The notes beneath the pieces were generated by a model. It was not told the DNA's origin and made no database searches. It saw only the letters and a program-made list of their open reading frames with translations. From Acaryochloridaceae cyanobacterium OTE_25_metabat_464 (GTDB lineage Bacteria > Cyanobacteriota > Cyanobacteriia > Thermosynechococcales > Thermosynechococcaceae), in the NCBI GenBank assembly GCA_031362245.1, contig JANLSD010000014.1, positions 23,235 through 87,234 of the forward strand: a stretch of 64,000 nt of DNA, given 5' to 3'. The translations under genes were made by a program, and so were the position numbers. Below are positions 1-10,341 of the stretch, piece by piece. Each line of letters opens with the position of its first letter. The stretch's first letter is position 1.

Positions 1-1
1 C

Positions 2-223
2 GTTGCTGCAATCAGTTCTCAGTTTGACGAAACCCTATATCCAACAGAAGTATTGATAGAGCCTCCCGAAGGTGGCTTAACGGCAAACTCCATCGTGCTC
101 CTCAATCAAATCAGATCCATTGACAAACAACGACTCATCAAACGTCTAGGCACTGTGACCCCCGAAACCAGGCAGCACATTAACCAGGCACTTCAAGTAA
201 GCTTGGGTATGATAGATTTTTGA
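2..223 (+). CDS. MazF/PemK-family toxin, C-terminal part (5' end lies outside the window)
   Basis: The frame starting at nt 2 is open to the window edge and reads ...GGLTANSIVLLNQIRSIDKQRLIKRLGTVTPETRQHINQALQVSLGMIDF*, with TGA at 221-223. The NQIRxIDKxRL block is typical of the PemK/MazF C-terminus. Confidence 0.6.
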   Translation, partial: VAAISSQFDETLYPTEVLIEPPEGGLTANSIVLLNQIRSIDKQRLIKRLGTVTPETRQHINQALQVSLGMIDF

Positions 224-274
224 TACTATTCCTCATTCCCTTGATTGTTCTGCAAGGCTTGCTGAATAAAATAG

Positions 275-1825
275 ATGAAATTATGCCCTCGTTCTCGATT
301 TAAGTTCAAGACTGTGGCCTTAATAGGTATTCCCATAATTCTGGGACTTTGGGGGTGCCGCCCCCCCTCTCTCTCCACCACGGATGAACCGGCCCTAGCC
401 AAAGCACCCGAAAAAACGGGAGCAGGCATTACCATCTTCCCCGATCGCCCCCTGATAGCACTTTCCCCCCATCCCGTCGGCATGAACCTCCACGTCATCA
501 ACGACGCCCTGCGCCCCGGCATGATTGAGATGCTGAAGCAAACCAAAGCGCGGATTGTGCGATGGCCTGGAGGCTCACAATCCGATCAGTACCAATGGCG
601 CTCCAATCAACTCGCCCCACCTTGGTACGCCCATCCTAATTCCACCTTCGATCGCTTCATGCGGCGGTTAGCCCAACCCGCCCAAGTAGAAGTTGCTATT
701 ACTCTCAACTACGGCAGCAACGCCTCAGGCAAAGGCGGCGGCGACCCTAAAGAAGCCGCAGCTTGGGTGGCAGAGGCCAAGGCCAATGGCTACCGCGTAC
801 CCTATTGGACGGTAGGCAACGAAGTTTTTGGCTCCTGGTCAACGGATCGCAATGAAAAGCCCCACGATGCCAACACCTATGCCAATAAAGTGGCCAATGC
901 CTTCTATCCCAGAATTAAAGCGGTAAACCCCCAGGCCCAAGTGGGCGTTGTGGTGAACCAGTATGATTCGACCAACCCCAACGGCTGGACTCAAACAGTC
1001 CTCAAACATGCCCGTTATGACTTTGTGGAAGTTCACCACTATCCCCAACCGCCCAATGGTGCCAGTGACGAGTTTTTGCTCACCAAAGCCGTGCCACAGT
1101 TTCGGCAACAGATGGTGGAATTGAAAAAGGCAATGGGCGATCGCCCTGTTCCTATCATGCTGGGCGAGTTTAACAACGTTGCCAATACGCCCAATCGGCA
1201 AACCATTTCCATTACCAACGCGCTGTATCACGGCCTAATGTACGCCGAGGGGGCTGAATTGGGGCTGGCGGGGGTGTTTCCGTGGGAAGTGATTGAAGAG
1301 TACTGCACCCATCCTGCCCAAACGGGGCTTTCACCAGGGGACTTTAACCCGAAGCTCTACGGCTGGCAGAATTTTTCGACTTATTCTTTGTTTAGTATGG
1401 GGCTGCCCAACAGTCGGCCCACCTGTAGTCGTGGCGTGCCCGCCCTTCCCTTCGGGACGGCTTTTCCTACGGCCCATGCTGCCACTCTGTTTGGGGAGTT
1501 TGCTGCACCCCGTGAACGGCTATTGCAAACCAATATTACAGCGGCGTTCCCTAATCTACGTGCCTATACGGCCTCACGGGGGAAGGGCTATCGTGTGCTG
1601 CTGTTTAATTTGGATGCTAAAAATGCTGCAAAGTTTCCCCTTCAGGTCAAGGGTGCCGTTGGCCCTTGGACTGCGCAGCAATTGACCTACGGAAAGGCTG
1701 AGTATGACCAGTCTCAGTATGGGAACTGGATGGGTCCAACGCGTAAAAACCTAGGTCAGGTTAAGCCAGGGGTTCAAATCAATCTACCCCCTTGGAGTAT
1801 GAATGTTATTTCTCTAGGCCCGTGA
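275..1825 (+). CDS. Putative secreted/lipoprotein glycoside hydrolase (clan GH-A TIM-barrel-like)
   Basis: 516-aa ORF. The N-terminus has a hydrophobic segment ending LWGC (lipobox-like). Motifs RWPGGSQSDQYQW and WTVGNEVFGSW (GNE acid/base) resemble GH51/GH79/GH30-type hydrolases. Family not resolved. Confidence 0.5.
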   Translation: MKLCPRSRFKFKTVALIGIPIILGLWGCRPPSLSTTDEPALAKAPEKTGAGITIFPDRPLIALSPHPVGMNLHVINDALRPGMIEMLKQTKARIVRWPGGSQSDQYQWRSNQLAPPWYAHPNSTFDRFMRRLAQPAQVEVAITLNYGSNASGKGGGDPKEAAAWVAEAKANGYRVPYWTVGNEVFGSWSTDRNEKPHDANTYANKVANAFYPRIKAVNPQAQVGVVVNQYDSTNPNGWTQTVLKHARYDFVEVHHYPQPPNGASDEFLLTKAVPQFRQQMVELKKAMGDRPVPIMLGEFNNVANTPNRQTISITNALYHGLMYAEGAELGLAGVFPWEVIEEYCTHPAQTGLSPGDFNPKLYGWQNFSTYSLFSMGLPNSRPTCSRGVPALPFGTAFPTAHAATLFGEFAAPRERLLQTNITAAFPNLRAYTASRGKGYRVLLFNLDAKNAAKFPLQVKGAVGPWTAQQLTYGKAEYDQSQYGNWMGPTRKNLGQVKPGVQINLPPWSMNVISLGP

Positions 1826-1876
1826 GGTTTAATTTGGAATTGATGGGAGGGGCGATCGACTCAAAACTATAAGAAC

Positions 1877-2089
1877 TCAGTCGAATGTAGAGTAAATGAC
1901 GGTAATATCCTGGGTTTTTGAGCGCTCAAGAAAAACACGCGCTGCTTTATGGTGTGCAACGCTTAACACCTTGTCACTAATCCACTGAACTCTTACGGTG
2001 ACTTTTCCATCAGAAGGGTTCGCTCTGAGATCGGGGTAACTTGCTCTAGCTTCATGCCGATACGCTACTGATTTCACCTTCTTTGTCAA
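1877..2089 (-). CDS. Small hypothetical protein (70 aa, TTG start)
   Basis: ORF only; no recognisable motif and a non-ATG start. Confidence 0.2.
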   Translation of the reverse strand: MTKKVKSVAYRHEARASYPDLRANPSDGKVTVRVQWISDKVLSVAHHKAARVFLERSKTQDITVIYSTFD

Positions 2090-2365
2090 GCCCTCGACCT
2101 GAATCCTTACAAAAATCCTGAAAAACCAAAAATCGTCGCTATTCAGGGACTCAGTCCTTAAATACCCTTACTAATGCGTCTGGATACCGTGGGCCTCGCA
2201 AATTCATCAATCCAGATCAAAAATAAATTGATTTGATTAGAAATCAATTGCCAAGCTATCCCGATCGCGCCCAATTTGTTGCCTGCATTTGAACCAAGCC
2301 GAATCTAGACGTATTGGAAAGATTGTTGGGTGAGCGATAAGGTGATTTCCAGCAAAGATTGTATC

Positions 2366-2424
2366 CTTCGACTTCGCTCAGGGTACAGTCCCTCACGAGT
2401 TTAGCTGGCTGAGCGAAGCCGAAG
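2366..2424. repeat. 16-bp imperfect inverted repeat (hairpin) abutting the stop codon of the VWD/RTX gene
   Basis: CTTCGACTTCGCTCAG (2366-2381) pairs with CTGAGCGAAGCCGAAG (2409-2424), 15/16 complementary, 27-nt loop. It resembles small dispersed cyanobacterial repeats and may act as a terminator for the minus-strand gene ending at 2425. Confidence 0.4.
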
Positions 2425-3888
2425 TCAGCGGTATGTTGTTTCCCAGAAATCACCTAATTCTTCAGGTTTGATGTCTTTGATAATTCCGATTAGCTCGGTG
2501 GGATCGGATGACAGAAAGATTCCTGTCCCCGCTGCTTGGTCGGTTGTTGAGGAACCCAGAACATAATTGTTGGGGTTGCCCTGGAGTTGGATGATATCGC
2601 CGTCTTGAATGTTGAAGTCTTGAATAACGGCGGAATCGTTTACTCCAGCTACATTGTAGAAAGCGCTGTTTGTGTCCCCTAGGACAAATGTGTCTGCCCC
2701 TTGATACCCTGTCAATTGGTCTATTTCTCCTGAACCAGGGTTGGGTTGACTGATTAGGGTACCGACCAAGATATCGTTGCTCTCATTTCCGGCTAGTTGA
2801 TCGATATCAGCGGTGCCCGTTACTAATTTGCTATTGAGGGGAAGTGATTGATCTCTAAACAGTGAGTTTGCGGGTCTGACTTGCCAACCGGTGGCAAATT
2901 CTGAGAGGAGGTATTCTGGGGTTACGGCTTGGGGAGAGACGGTTCCGTCTTGTAAGGCTAGGTCGTCTTCGATTTGACCGTTGTTGTTGCCCAGTAAACC
3001 TGCAACAGTCTGACTGCCTTTGAGGTGGACGGTGGGGTCGATGAGGAAATTGGCATAAACTTTGGCGAAGAGTTGGTCGCCGTTGGGGTAGGTGATGGTG
3101 TAGAGGTCGCCAAGGGTGCCATAACCGTCTGTAAGGGTGCGGCTGATGCTACCGTTGCCGATGGCTCGGGTTTCGCCTGGTTCTATGGCGATGGGGATGC
3201 CGTTGAGGAGAAGGAAGGGTTGTTTGACGGAAAATTCTAGTTGTTGGCTGTCTACTGTGGTGGCTAAGCCGACGTTGAGGGTTGTAGCTGGGTTTTGATC
3301 CCAGGGGGCTTGACGGACTTGGATTTCTAGGTCACTGTCTTGGGCTTTGACTAGGATGAAGTCGCCTGTGGCTTGGAAGTCGTAATGGAGGTTGTCGAAG
3401 GTTAGGATGTGCGGGTCTCCGGTGGAGCCGCCTGAGGAGCTAACATCGATGGTGATGGTGTTGGGGGTTTGGTCTAGGTCGATGCCGCCGTTGGCGGTGC
3501 CGCCGTCGTCTTGGACTTGGAAGGTGAAGTTGGCGTAGTTAAGTCCTTTTGTGTCGGTTGCTGGGGTGAATTGTAGGTTGCCTGCTGTGATGTCTGTGGC
3601 TGATATAGAGTCGCCAGCGTTGACTGAGATGCCTTTGTTGGTGAGGCTTCCGTTGGTGGGAAGGGTGGTGATTTTGACGGCTAATAGGTTATTAGAGGGG
3701 ATGTCTTTGGGGTCGCTAAAGTTAAAGTCTTTGACGGTAAAGGTGTAGGTTGTGTTGGCGGCTGTGGTGACTGTGTTATCTGCGCCTGATGGTTCATCGT
3801 TGATGGAAACATTTATCGATCCGATAGTGCCAATCTGTACAGCACCTGAATTTGTTAACTGAAAGAGATTTAGCTGGTTGACTGACAA
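2425..3888 (-). pseudogene. 5'-truncated adhesin-like protein: cadherin/VCBS-like repeat, VWD domain (GDPH motif), RTX-like C-terminus
   Basis: 487-aa ORF with no ATG anywhere; the only start is TTG at the ORF edge and there is no internal Met. It has no signal peptide. Motifs: FTFQVQDDGGTANGGIDLD (cadherin-like), GDPHILTFDNLHYDFQATGDFILV (von Willebrand D), and a C-terminal GADTFVLGD...DSAVIQDF...DIIQLQG calcium-binding/T1SS-type module. Confidence 0.55.
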
Positions 3889-3917
3889 AACTTTTCGCTT
3901 GGCGGTTGAAACTGCAG

Positions 3918-4016
3918 CTACAAGAACGAAATCCGCCTGTGCGGATTGCTGGAACCCTTGATATATTTAGTCCGCGCAGGCAGACTTTGTTCTTGTAGGC
4001 GCGATTTCAATCGCTG
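3918..4016. repeat. MITE-like inverted-repeat element next to the truncated 5' end of the VWD gene
   Basis: CTACAAGAACGAAATCCGCCTGTGCGGAT (3918-3946) pairs with AGTCCGCGCAGGCAGACTTTGTTCTTGTAG (3969-3998) as an imperfect inverted pair. A small GCGATTTCAATCGC hairpin follows. It resembles a repeat family common in filamentous cyanobacteria. Confidence 0.5.
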
Positions 4017-4128
4017 GCTTTAAAGACGAAGGAATGGGTGTTTCAGGACTTTTGTCAGTCAGCCAGGGTCTAGTGTCAGTATCGCGACCAGAAGAATTTT
4101 TTGCCAAAGCTTCATAATCGAGCCGAAT

Positions 4129-4422
4129 TCAAAATATATTTCGGGCAGGATCTTGTTTACCACCAAGAACGCGCACAATTAAAATACCATCCTCTACTGG
4201 CTGATAATAAATGGAATGGGAGCGATATTCATAACGCAGCAACCCTGGTTTAATAAGGCCATAGTCGTTACCCCAGCTTTGATGGCCTGCCAATAATTCA
4301 AAGCAATCCTGCATACCAGAAATATACTTTCTCGCTACTTCTAATCCAAAATTTACAATTGAGTATTCGTAAATCTCCTCAATCTCATCTTCGGCTTTAT
4401 GGGTCAGCTCATAAACTGCCAT
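4129..4422 (-). CDS. parE: ParE-family toxin (type II TA)
   Basis: 97 aa, MAVYELTHKAEDEIEEIYEYS...ILIVRVLGGKQD, typical ParE/RelE fold signature. It overlaps the upstream antitoxin gene by 14 nt. Confidence 0.85.
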   Translation of the reverse strand: MAVYELTHKAEDEIEEIYEYSIVNFGLEVARKYISGMQDCFELLAGHQSWGNDYGLIKPGLLRYEYRSHSIYYQPVEDGILIVRVLGGKQDPARNIF

Positions 4423-4666
4423 TTTTTCTCAGCCTGTCTTCTACCCGCCTCATAATATCTGGGATAGTAGATGAACTTACACCACTATCCAACCCTTCCT
4501 GAATCAGAACACGCAAATCTTGCTCTGCCTGTCGCTTTTCTTGGTCGCGACGGATTAAATCACGAAAATATTCGCTATCGTTTCCATAGCGTCCACTTTC
4601 AATTTGAGCCTTAACCCATCCATCCATCGCATCAGGAATGGTAATGGTTTTACGCAGCATCACCAT
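4409..4666 (-). CDS. parD: ParD-family antitoxin (ribbon-helix-helix)
   Basis: 85 aa, LRKTITIPDAMDGWVKAQIESGRYGNDSEYFRDLIRRDQEK matches the ParD/COG3609 signature. It is paired with parE. Confidence 0.85.
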   Translation of the reverse strand: MVMLRKTITIPDAMDGWVKAQIESGRYGNDSEYFRDLIRRDQEKRQAEQDLRVLIQEGLDSGVSSSTIPDIMRRVEDRLRKNGSL

Positions 4667-4765
4667 TAGAAGTACTCCTATGACTTAATTCAAAGTATGC
4701 TTAAAGTATGATCATTATCATATCCTGCGATAGTGCAATTTGGCCTGCTCATGACCCCTAAAACA

Positions 4766-6106
4766 TTACTCGCCCGTCACCGAAAGCCCCTCAACCCAAA
4801 TATAGGGACAAACCCCCGAGGGCGTCAGATGCTCTTCTGGCTCCACAAACAAAATCGATTTCAGCACCTCACGGAAATCTCCCGCAACCGTCGCCGACTC
4901 TACACTAATGCGATCGCCCTTATTCACTACCCAGCCATCAAACGGCAGCGAGAACGAACCCTGCAAAGACTTCACCCCTGCATGAAGCGCCTGGAGATCG
5001 TCCACCAGCACCACATTATCGGCATCAGCGAGACTATAGGCTTGTGACCCCGCCTCCCCTTGAGAGACATGGTAAAAGTGAGGGCCAACCGTAATTTTTG
5101 AACCCATGTTGGCATGGCCTGTCGGCTGCGCGTTCATCCGCTTCGCCGTCCCTGCGCTGTGCAAGAAACTTTTGAGAATGCCATGCTCAATCAGAGACAC
5201 CCGACGCGTCGGCGTTCCTTCCCCATCAAACAAAGATTGACCAATATTGGCAGAATGTAGCATGTCATCCGCCACCGAAAGCAAGGAGGAGGCAAGCTGT
5301 GAACCCAAGGAATCTGGCGTGGAAAGGCTCTGCTTATCTAAAATACTTTGGGCATTAAAAAGGTTAGAAAACGCCCCCAGCAAACTCAAGAACGCCTCCG
5401 GCGAAAACACCACCGTATATTTGCCCGTGGGGATTTTTTTGTAGTTAAGGTGGCTGATGGTTTTATCAATGGTTTCCTTCAGGCATCCATCCACATCCAG
5501 GGTGTCTAGCTGACGGCTCAACCGAAACGCGCCCGCACTGCGCGGCTTCTTGCCTTCTTCTTCAGTTTTGCTATAGAGATAAATGCTGCTAATGGACTGC
5601 GTCTCGTGGCGCATTGCCCCTTCGCTATGGACGTAAAACCGCTCCACATCCCGCTGGGATAGTCCGTTATAGGGCACGCCCACAATCGCCGGATGGGCTT
5701 CTAGCAACCGATGCTCTGCCTTGCAAAGCCGCTCCAATAGGTCAGAAATTGGCGCTTGGGGAGAAAATTCTTTGGCGGTTTCCGGCAGCGTCACTTTGGC
5801 TTCGGGGCTAAAATCTGGGGCGTGCTCTGTAATACCAAACACGCTGGCTTCTTGGGCCGTCTTCAGCGCAACTTCTAAACCAAGGGCATCCACATCCGTG
5901 GTGCTGGCAATGCCCACTTGGTGCGCTTCATTCCAAACCCGAACCGTCACGCTGGATCGATTGGAGGCTTTGGCCTGCTTTTGGGCACCTTGATCCACCT
6001 GTACGCTGGAGTCTTCTACGGTGGAGCCGGAGAGGTCAAACTTATGGATACCGAGCTGCTGGGCCTTGTCTTGGGCGATCGCCGCTAGTTCGCTAATATT
6101 CAGCAC
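4766..6106 (-). CDS. pmbA: TldD/PmbA-family metalloprotease (PmbA/TldE-like)
   Basis: 446 aa. It shows the family-typical N-terminus (...VEDSSVQVDQG...SVTVRVW) and C-terminal GSFSLPFDGW...ATVAGDF blocks. Confidence 0.8.
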   Translation of the reverse strand: MLNISELAAIAQDKAQQLGIHKFDLSGSTVEDSSVQVDQGAQKQAKASNRSSVTVRVWNEAHQVGIASTTDVDALGLEVALKTAQEASVFGITEHAPDFSPEAKVTLPETAKEFSPQAPISDLLERLCKAEHRLLEAHPAIVGVPYNGLSQRDVERFYVHSEGAMRHETQSISSIYLYSKTEEEGKKPRSAGAFRLSRQLDTLDVDGCLKETIDKTISHLNYKKIPTGKYTVVFSPEAFLSLLGAFSNLFNAQSILDKQSLSTPDSLGSQLASSLLSVADDMLHSANIGQSLFDGEGTPTRRVSLIEHGILKSFLHSAGTAKRMNAQPTGHANMGSKITVGPHFYHVSQGEAGSQAYSLADADNVVLVDDLQALHAGVKSLQGSFSLPFDGWVVNKGDRISVESATVAGDFREVLKSILFVEPEEHLTPSGVCPYIWVEGLSVTGE

Positions 6107-6228
6107 GCGTAAAACTCCGTGAAGCTGGATGTGGTTTCTCTACTTTACTGATTCTGCTGGCAATGATGCACGTCTGAGCGGAAGGATAACGGTAAAATGC
6201 GAAGGTGACGTTTTCTGCGTGGTGATCA

Positions 6229-6675
6229 ATGAAACTCAAAGCAGCCTATTTGCGAACTCAATTGGTGGCTTTAGCCCTATGCTGCTTAACCCTGACCAGT
6301 TTTCTATTTAGCCCTTCAGCACTGGCGGCAGTTGACGTCCGTCTCTTTGACCTTTCCTATAAAGATTGCCCACCAGAATTGGCAGAGGGAGCCGTCACCA
6401 GCGGTGGCATTGCCGCAGCCGCAAACTGTTTTTTGATTACGGGTAAAGCAGAAAATAAATCGGGTAAAGCCTTACTGGATGCTGACGTATTTGGTCGCAT
6501 TTATGATGCCAACGGTAATTCTATTATGGAAAACAGAACGCGCCTTGGGGCTATTGAAACTATACCTGCTGGTATCAGTGAGTTTGAAATGCGGATGTCT
6601 ATTCCTAAAGAGCTGCCCCCGCCCCTGACGCTAGAACAATTTAAAGCGAGCGGGTTTAGTACCAAGGTGCGCTAA
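6229..6675 (+). CDS. Secreted hypothetical protein
   Basis: 148-aa ORF with a signal peptide (...LFSPSALAAV). No known domain recognised. Confidence 0.5.
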   Translation: MKLKAAYLRTQLVALALCCLTLTSFLFSPSALAAVDVRLFDLSYKDCPPELAEGAVTSGGIAAAANCFLITGKAENKSGKALLDADVFGRIYDANGNSIMENRTRLGAIETIPAGISEFEMRMSIPKELPPPLTLEQFKASGFSTKVR

Positions 6676-6688
6676 CTCACCCTATGCT

Positions 6689-7492
6689 CTACGGGACAGA
6701 CACCGCAGAAGCCGCGACATCTTGTAAAAAATACGCTTCGCTAGTGCTAAGTCCTGCTGTAAATGGGTTGTTCACTGGGCTTTTTTGATAAAAGAGCTTG
6801 TAAAAAACACAGGCGGATAAATAGGAGCCTTTGAGATTGGGGTGCCGACCATCTTCTCCCCAAAGTCTAAGTTGTGGATTGCGAGACAATGCCTGTCGCC
6901 ATGCAATGCCAACCGGTGCAACGGTTGCAGACAGGTCTTTTGCCAACTCCATATTGCCTTCCGTAAGACGGCTTTGCATATCCGAGAAGCTGTCACTGGT
7001 TCGATTTTCGAGGTCGCCTTTTTCATAGCCCCAAGTCATAAAAAGTACGAGCTTGGCCTTGTTTTGCCATGCCAAATTGTTTAACTGACGGGCATAGGGA
7101 TGAACCTCTTGAAAGCGTTGCCATTGGGCAAAAGAAAGGAATTGGCTTTGCTCTTGCAGAACAACATAATCCCAACGGCTGGACTGAAGCACTTGGGCAA
7201 CTTTGCCATCCTCCCAATGCCGTTTGAGTGTATATCCGCCTGGCGTTTCTTGTGCTGACACAAAGGGTTTTGCTTCATGGGCCGCTTCTGCCAACTGTTT
7301 CACTAACCCTGGCATATCGTTAAAGTAGGTAAAACTATTGCCTACAAATAAGACGTTTAAAGATGACTTCTCTGACAACCCCGATTGATGAATTTTGGAC
7401 TGCTGTTGTTGAACGCCTAAAATCACGATCAATGCGATCACCCCAACGCCCAAAAGGCCAACAAGACTTAATGGCAAATAAAATTTTCTCAA
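6689..7492 (-). CDS. SGNH/GDSL-like hydrolase-fold protein (DUF4886-like)
   Basis: 267 aa with an N-terminal TM/signal segment. The NVLFVGNSFTYFNDMP block is typical of SGNH-type folds. Confidence 0.5.
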   Translation of the reverse strand: MRKFYLPLSLVGLLGVGVIALIVILGVQQQQSKIHQSGLSEKSSLNVLFVGNSFTYFNDMPGLVKQLAEAAHEAKPFVSAQETPGGYTLKRHWEDGKVAQVLQSSRWDYVVLQEQSQFLSFAQWQRFQEVHPYARQLNNLAWQNKAKLVLFMTWGYEKGDLENRTSDSFSDMQSRLTEGNMELAKDLSATVAPVGIAWRQALSRNPQLRLWGEDGRHPNLKGSYLSACVFYKLFYQKSPVNNPFTAGLSTSEAYFLQDVAASAVSVP

Positions 7493-7757
7493 AATTCATT
7501 GTTCATTTAGCGTTGTTCAAAGACTATCATCAAATCCTTGACTTGCCTAACGTCTCACTTCAATGCTGTAGAGAATGTATAAAATCAAATCCGCATTTCA
7601 GTTTTTATAGCTGTATAAATCAGGCATCAATCCATCTCTAGAAATGAGCCGTTACCAAATCTGTAACCAAACAATGTCTCGGTTAAAAAGCGATTAATTT
7701 AAAGCAAGGGCCGAGGTTAACGGCCCTTAACCCTTAGTAATAATAGGAGATCCGTCG

Positions 7758-9239
7758 ATGCGCCGCCTGACTCAACTCATCAGTATCTTGCTACCGATCG
7801 CAGTGACTGCGTTATGGATCAGCCTGCGGCCCGCATCAAGTACTAGCAATGGCGATGTCTCACCATCCCCTCAACCCGTCGTCACCAAGAAATTACAACC
7901 CTCTCAAGCATCCAATCGTTTGGCGAAGCCTATGAACGACCCTAACTATGTCCACGTCATTCAAGAAACCAAGGCAATGGTCTCCAATGCCCAGGCCCAG
8001 AGACTTGCCAAACAATACGGACTAGATATCCTGAACATCTCTTGGGAAGATACCGGACGATTCAAAAATTCAGCCGTGGGACCCAACATCAGCGATATGA
8101 GCATTCAGGTGCAGGCGTTCCAGCCTAAAACCCAGGACTACTCGCTCCACCTCATGCCCGTCATCCGCTTCCCCAACTTTGCCGATAAATCCGCTGATGT
8201 CTCCCTCGACAACTTTTTCATCAAGGTTGGCAACCACAAGGGGGATGCTTTACAAAAAGTGGCCCTGCGAGAGGTCTTGCAAAATCTACGTGGCTACTTA
8301 ACCCAGTCCGAGTCTTGGAAAGGGAGTCAAACGTCTTTATTAGCCCCAAGAGACAGCCATGTTTTGGTGAGTGCTCAAGCCTGTTTTCTACCCATTCCGA
8401 AGGGAGGCACGGCTCAGTTTAACCCCGTATTGTTTAACTACCAGTCCTACGCAGAAAACCCGGCGGTGCTGACCATTATGGCCTCCCGTGAAGGCACCAG
8501 CGTCACGGTGATTGATAACCAACGGGATGGCTTTGAAGCAGGCCAAACTTGGGGCCAACGCCTTTTCTTTAACCAGAAGGGGGAACGCGCCAGCTTAACA
8601 GGCCAGCGCATCAGCGATTTCTTAACGCTAACTGGCGATCCACTCTCGTCATCCCCTCGCCCCTCCCCCGATGAACAAGAGGGGCTGAATATGGTTTTGC
8701 TGATTCAGGTGCCTCTTAAGCAAAAAGAAAGAACTCGCCCGTTTGGTATGTTGGGAGAAAACATGCCCATGATGAGTAGTGCTCCCGCTCCTTTGATGCA
8801 GAGAACCAGAAGCAACGTCGAAGCAGCGGTGATTGGACATGGGGAGGTTGAGGGTCCCTTTACCGAGGTAGATAATCTTGCCATTGAGCGCGACCCACGT
8901 TTCCCGATTCGGGTGACGGTTCAGTTTTACAAAGGTACAAGCAATGGGGTGGTGTCTGCGGCGGATATGAAAACCATCCACCAACAAATTGCGAAGGTTT
9001 ATGAGGATGCTGATTATGTCGGCAGTCTGGTGGTAGACGGTCAGACCGATCGCCCCACGGAACACGATGGCCCACAACAAGAACCGCCAGATTGGTGGGC
9101 GAAGTTTTGGCAACGCTATGAGCACAACACAGGGCAATCGCAAACAGAGGCGATGCAAATGCTGCGGAAGTTGCGCGGTCAAGGTTGGATGCCTCAGTCT
9201 GAGGAGGATTTACGGCGATCGCTTGATCAGATCAACTAA
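7758..9239 (+). CDS. Hypothetical protein with N-terminal signal/anchor
   Basis: 493-aa ORF with an AGGAG-like sequence upstream. No motif recognised. Confidence 0.5.
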   Translation: MRRLTQLISILLPIAVTALWISLRPASSTSNGDVSPSPQPVVTKKLQPSQASNRLAKPMNDPNYVHVIQETKAMVSNAQAQRLAKQYGLDILNISWEDTGRFKNSAVGPNISDMSIQVQAFQPKTQDYSLHLMPVIRFPNFADKSADVSLDNFFIKVGNHKGDALQKVALREVLQNLRGYLTQSESWKGSQTSLLAPRDSHVLVSAQACFLPIPKGGTAQFNPVLFNYQSYAENPAVLTIMASREGTSVTVIDNQRDGFEAGQTWGQRLFFNQKGERASLTGQRISDFLTLTGDPLSSSPRPSPDEQEGLNMVLLIQVPLKQKERTRPFGMLGENMPMMSSAPAPLMQRTRSNVEAAVIGHGEVEGPFTEVDNLAIERDPRFPIRVTVQFYKGTSNGVVSAADMKTIHQQIAKVYEDADYVGSLVVDGQTDRPTEHDGPQQEPPDWWAKFWQRYEHNTGQSQTEAMQMLRKLRGQGWMPQSEEDLRRSLDQIN

Positions 9240-9259
9240 TCAAAGAATGGAATTCCGCT

Positions 9260-10183
9260 TTAGAACGCGGCATCTAAAACAGCCGCTAACAGAGCCTTCT
9301 GACTATGCAATCTATTCTCAGCCTGATCCCAAATGCGAGAAGCAGCGCCTTCCATCACTTCATTGGTAATTTCTTTCTCACGATAGGCGGGCAAACAATG
9401 CAATACGATCGCCGCCGGATCTGCCAAACCTAGCAATGCCGAATTAATCTGATAGGGCAGAAAAATGGGTACCCGATCATCAGCGGAATCTTCTTGCCCC
9501 ATGCTCGCCCAAACATCGGTGTAGAGAATATGGGCATCTTTGGCAGCAGCTTCAGGATCCGTCGTGACGGTGATGGTGGCGCGATCTCCGGCGATCGCCT
9601 TTGCCTTTGCCACAATCTCCGGCAAAGGCTGGAATCCCTCAGGGGCAGCAATGCAGATATTGAGACCCACTAACGCACAGCCTAAAAGCAAAGAATGGGC
9701 AATATTATTGCCATCGCCTAGGTAGGTCATGGTGAGACCTTTAAACGTTCCAAATGCCTCAAATACCGTTTGTAAATCCGCCAAAATCTGGCAGGGATGC
9801 TCTAGATCTGTCAGGGCATTGATAACGGGCATTTTGGCGTAGTGAGCAAAAGTCTCCACCTCCGATTGCTCAAAGGTGCGAATGGCCACCACATCCAGGT
9901 AGCGATCCAAGACTCTCGCCGTATCCTCAATGGGTTCCCCGCGACCCACTTGGGTGAGGTTGGCGTTGAGGTCTAACACCTGTCCGCCCATTTGCCCCAT
10001 TGCTACGGTAAAGCTGACGCGGGTGCGGGTAGATGCCTTGGAAAATAGTAATCCCAATGCCTTCGGACAGTTTGGCTTAACCTTGCCAGCCTTAAGCTGC
10101 GCGGCGAAGTCAAGAAGAAAAAATGTTTCCTCAGTGGATAGGTCAGCAAGGCTGAGTAGATCGCGGCCTTTAAGTGCTCCCAT
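9260..10183 (-). CDS. argF: Ornithine carbamoyltransferase
   Basis: 307 aa with the STRTRVSF carbamoyl-phosphate motif, HPCQ, and HCLPA...E near the C-terminus. Confidence 0.9.
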   Translation of the reverse strand: MGALKGRDLLSLADLSTEETFFLLDFAAQLKAGKVKPNCPKALGLLFSKASTRTRVSFTVAMGQMGGQVLDLNANLTQVGRGEPIEDTARVLDRYLDVVAIRTFEQSEVETFAHYAKMPVINALTDLEHPCQILADLQTVFEAFGTFKGLTMTYLGDGNNIAHSLLLGCALVGLNICIAAPEGFQPLPEIVAKAKAIAGDRATITVTTDPEAAAKDAHILYTDVWASMGQEDSADDRVPIFLPYQINSALLGLADPAAIVLHCLPAYREKEITNEVMEGAASRIWDQAENRLHSQKALLAAVLDAAF

Positions 10184-10341
10184 ACCAATGTCCTGCGGCG
10201 ACGGTTAAGATGAGCAGTTTCGTATGCGGCGTTACCCGATGTCAAGGGGTTGAGACGCGTTATCGGCCCGATTTTTCTGAAATTGAGAACTTCGTCTTCC
10301 GTCGCAGTAAGCTAAAGAGTGCAGATATTTAAAGTTGACCC

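Noticed and set aside
4733-5047. 104-aa plus-strand ORF, and other ORFs of 60-130 aa nested in pmbA, the GH gene (226..546, 839..1231, 1293..1685), purL, purF, argF, the ATPase and others
   Set aside because: All are antisense or out-of-frame overlaps of long ORFs with strong family signatures. Their composition is typical of shadow ORFs.
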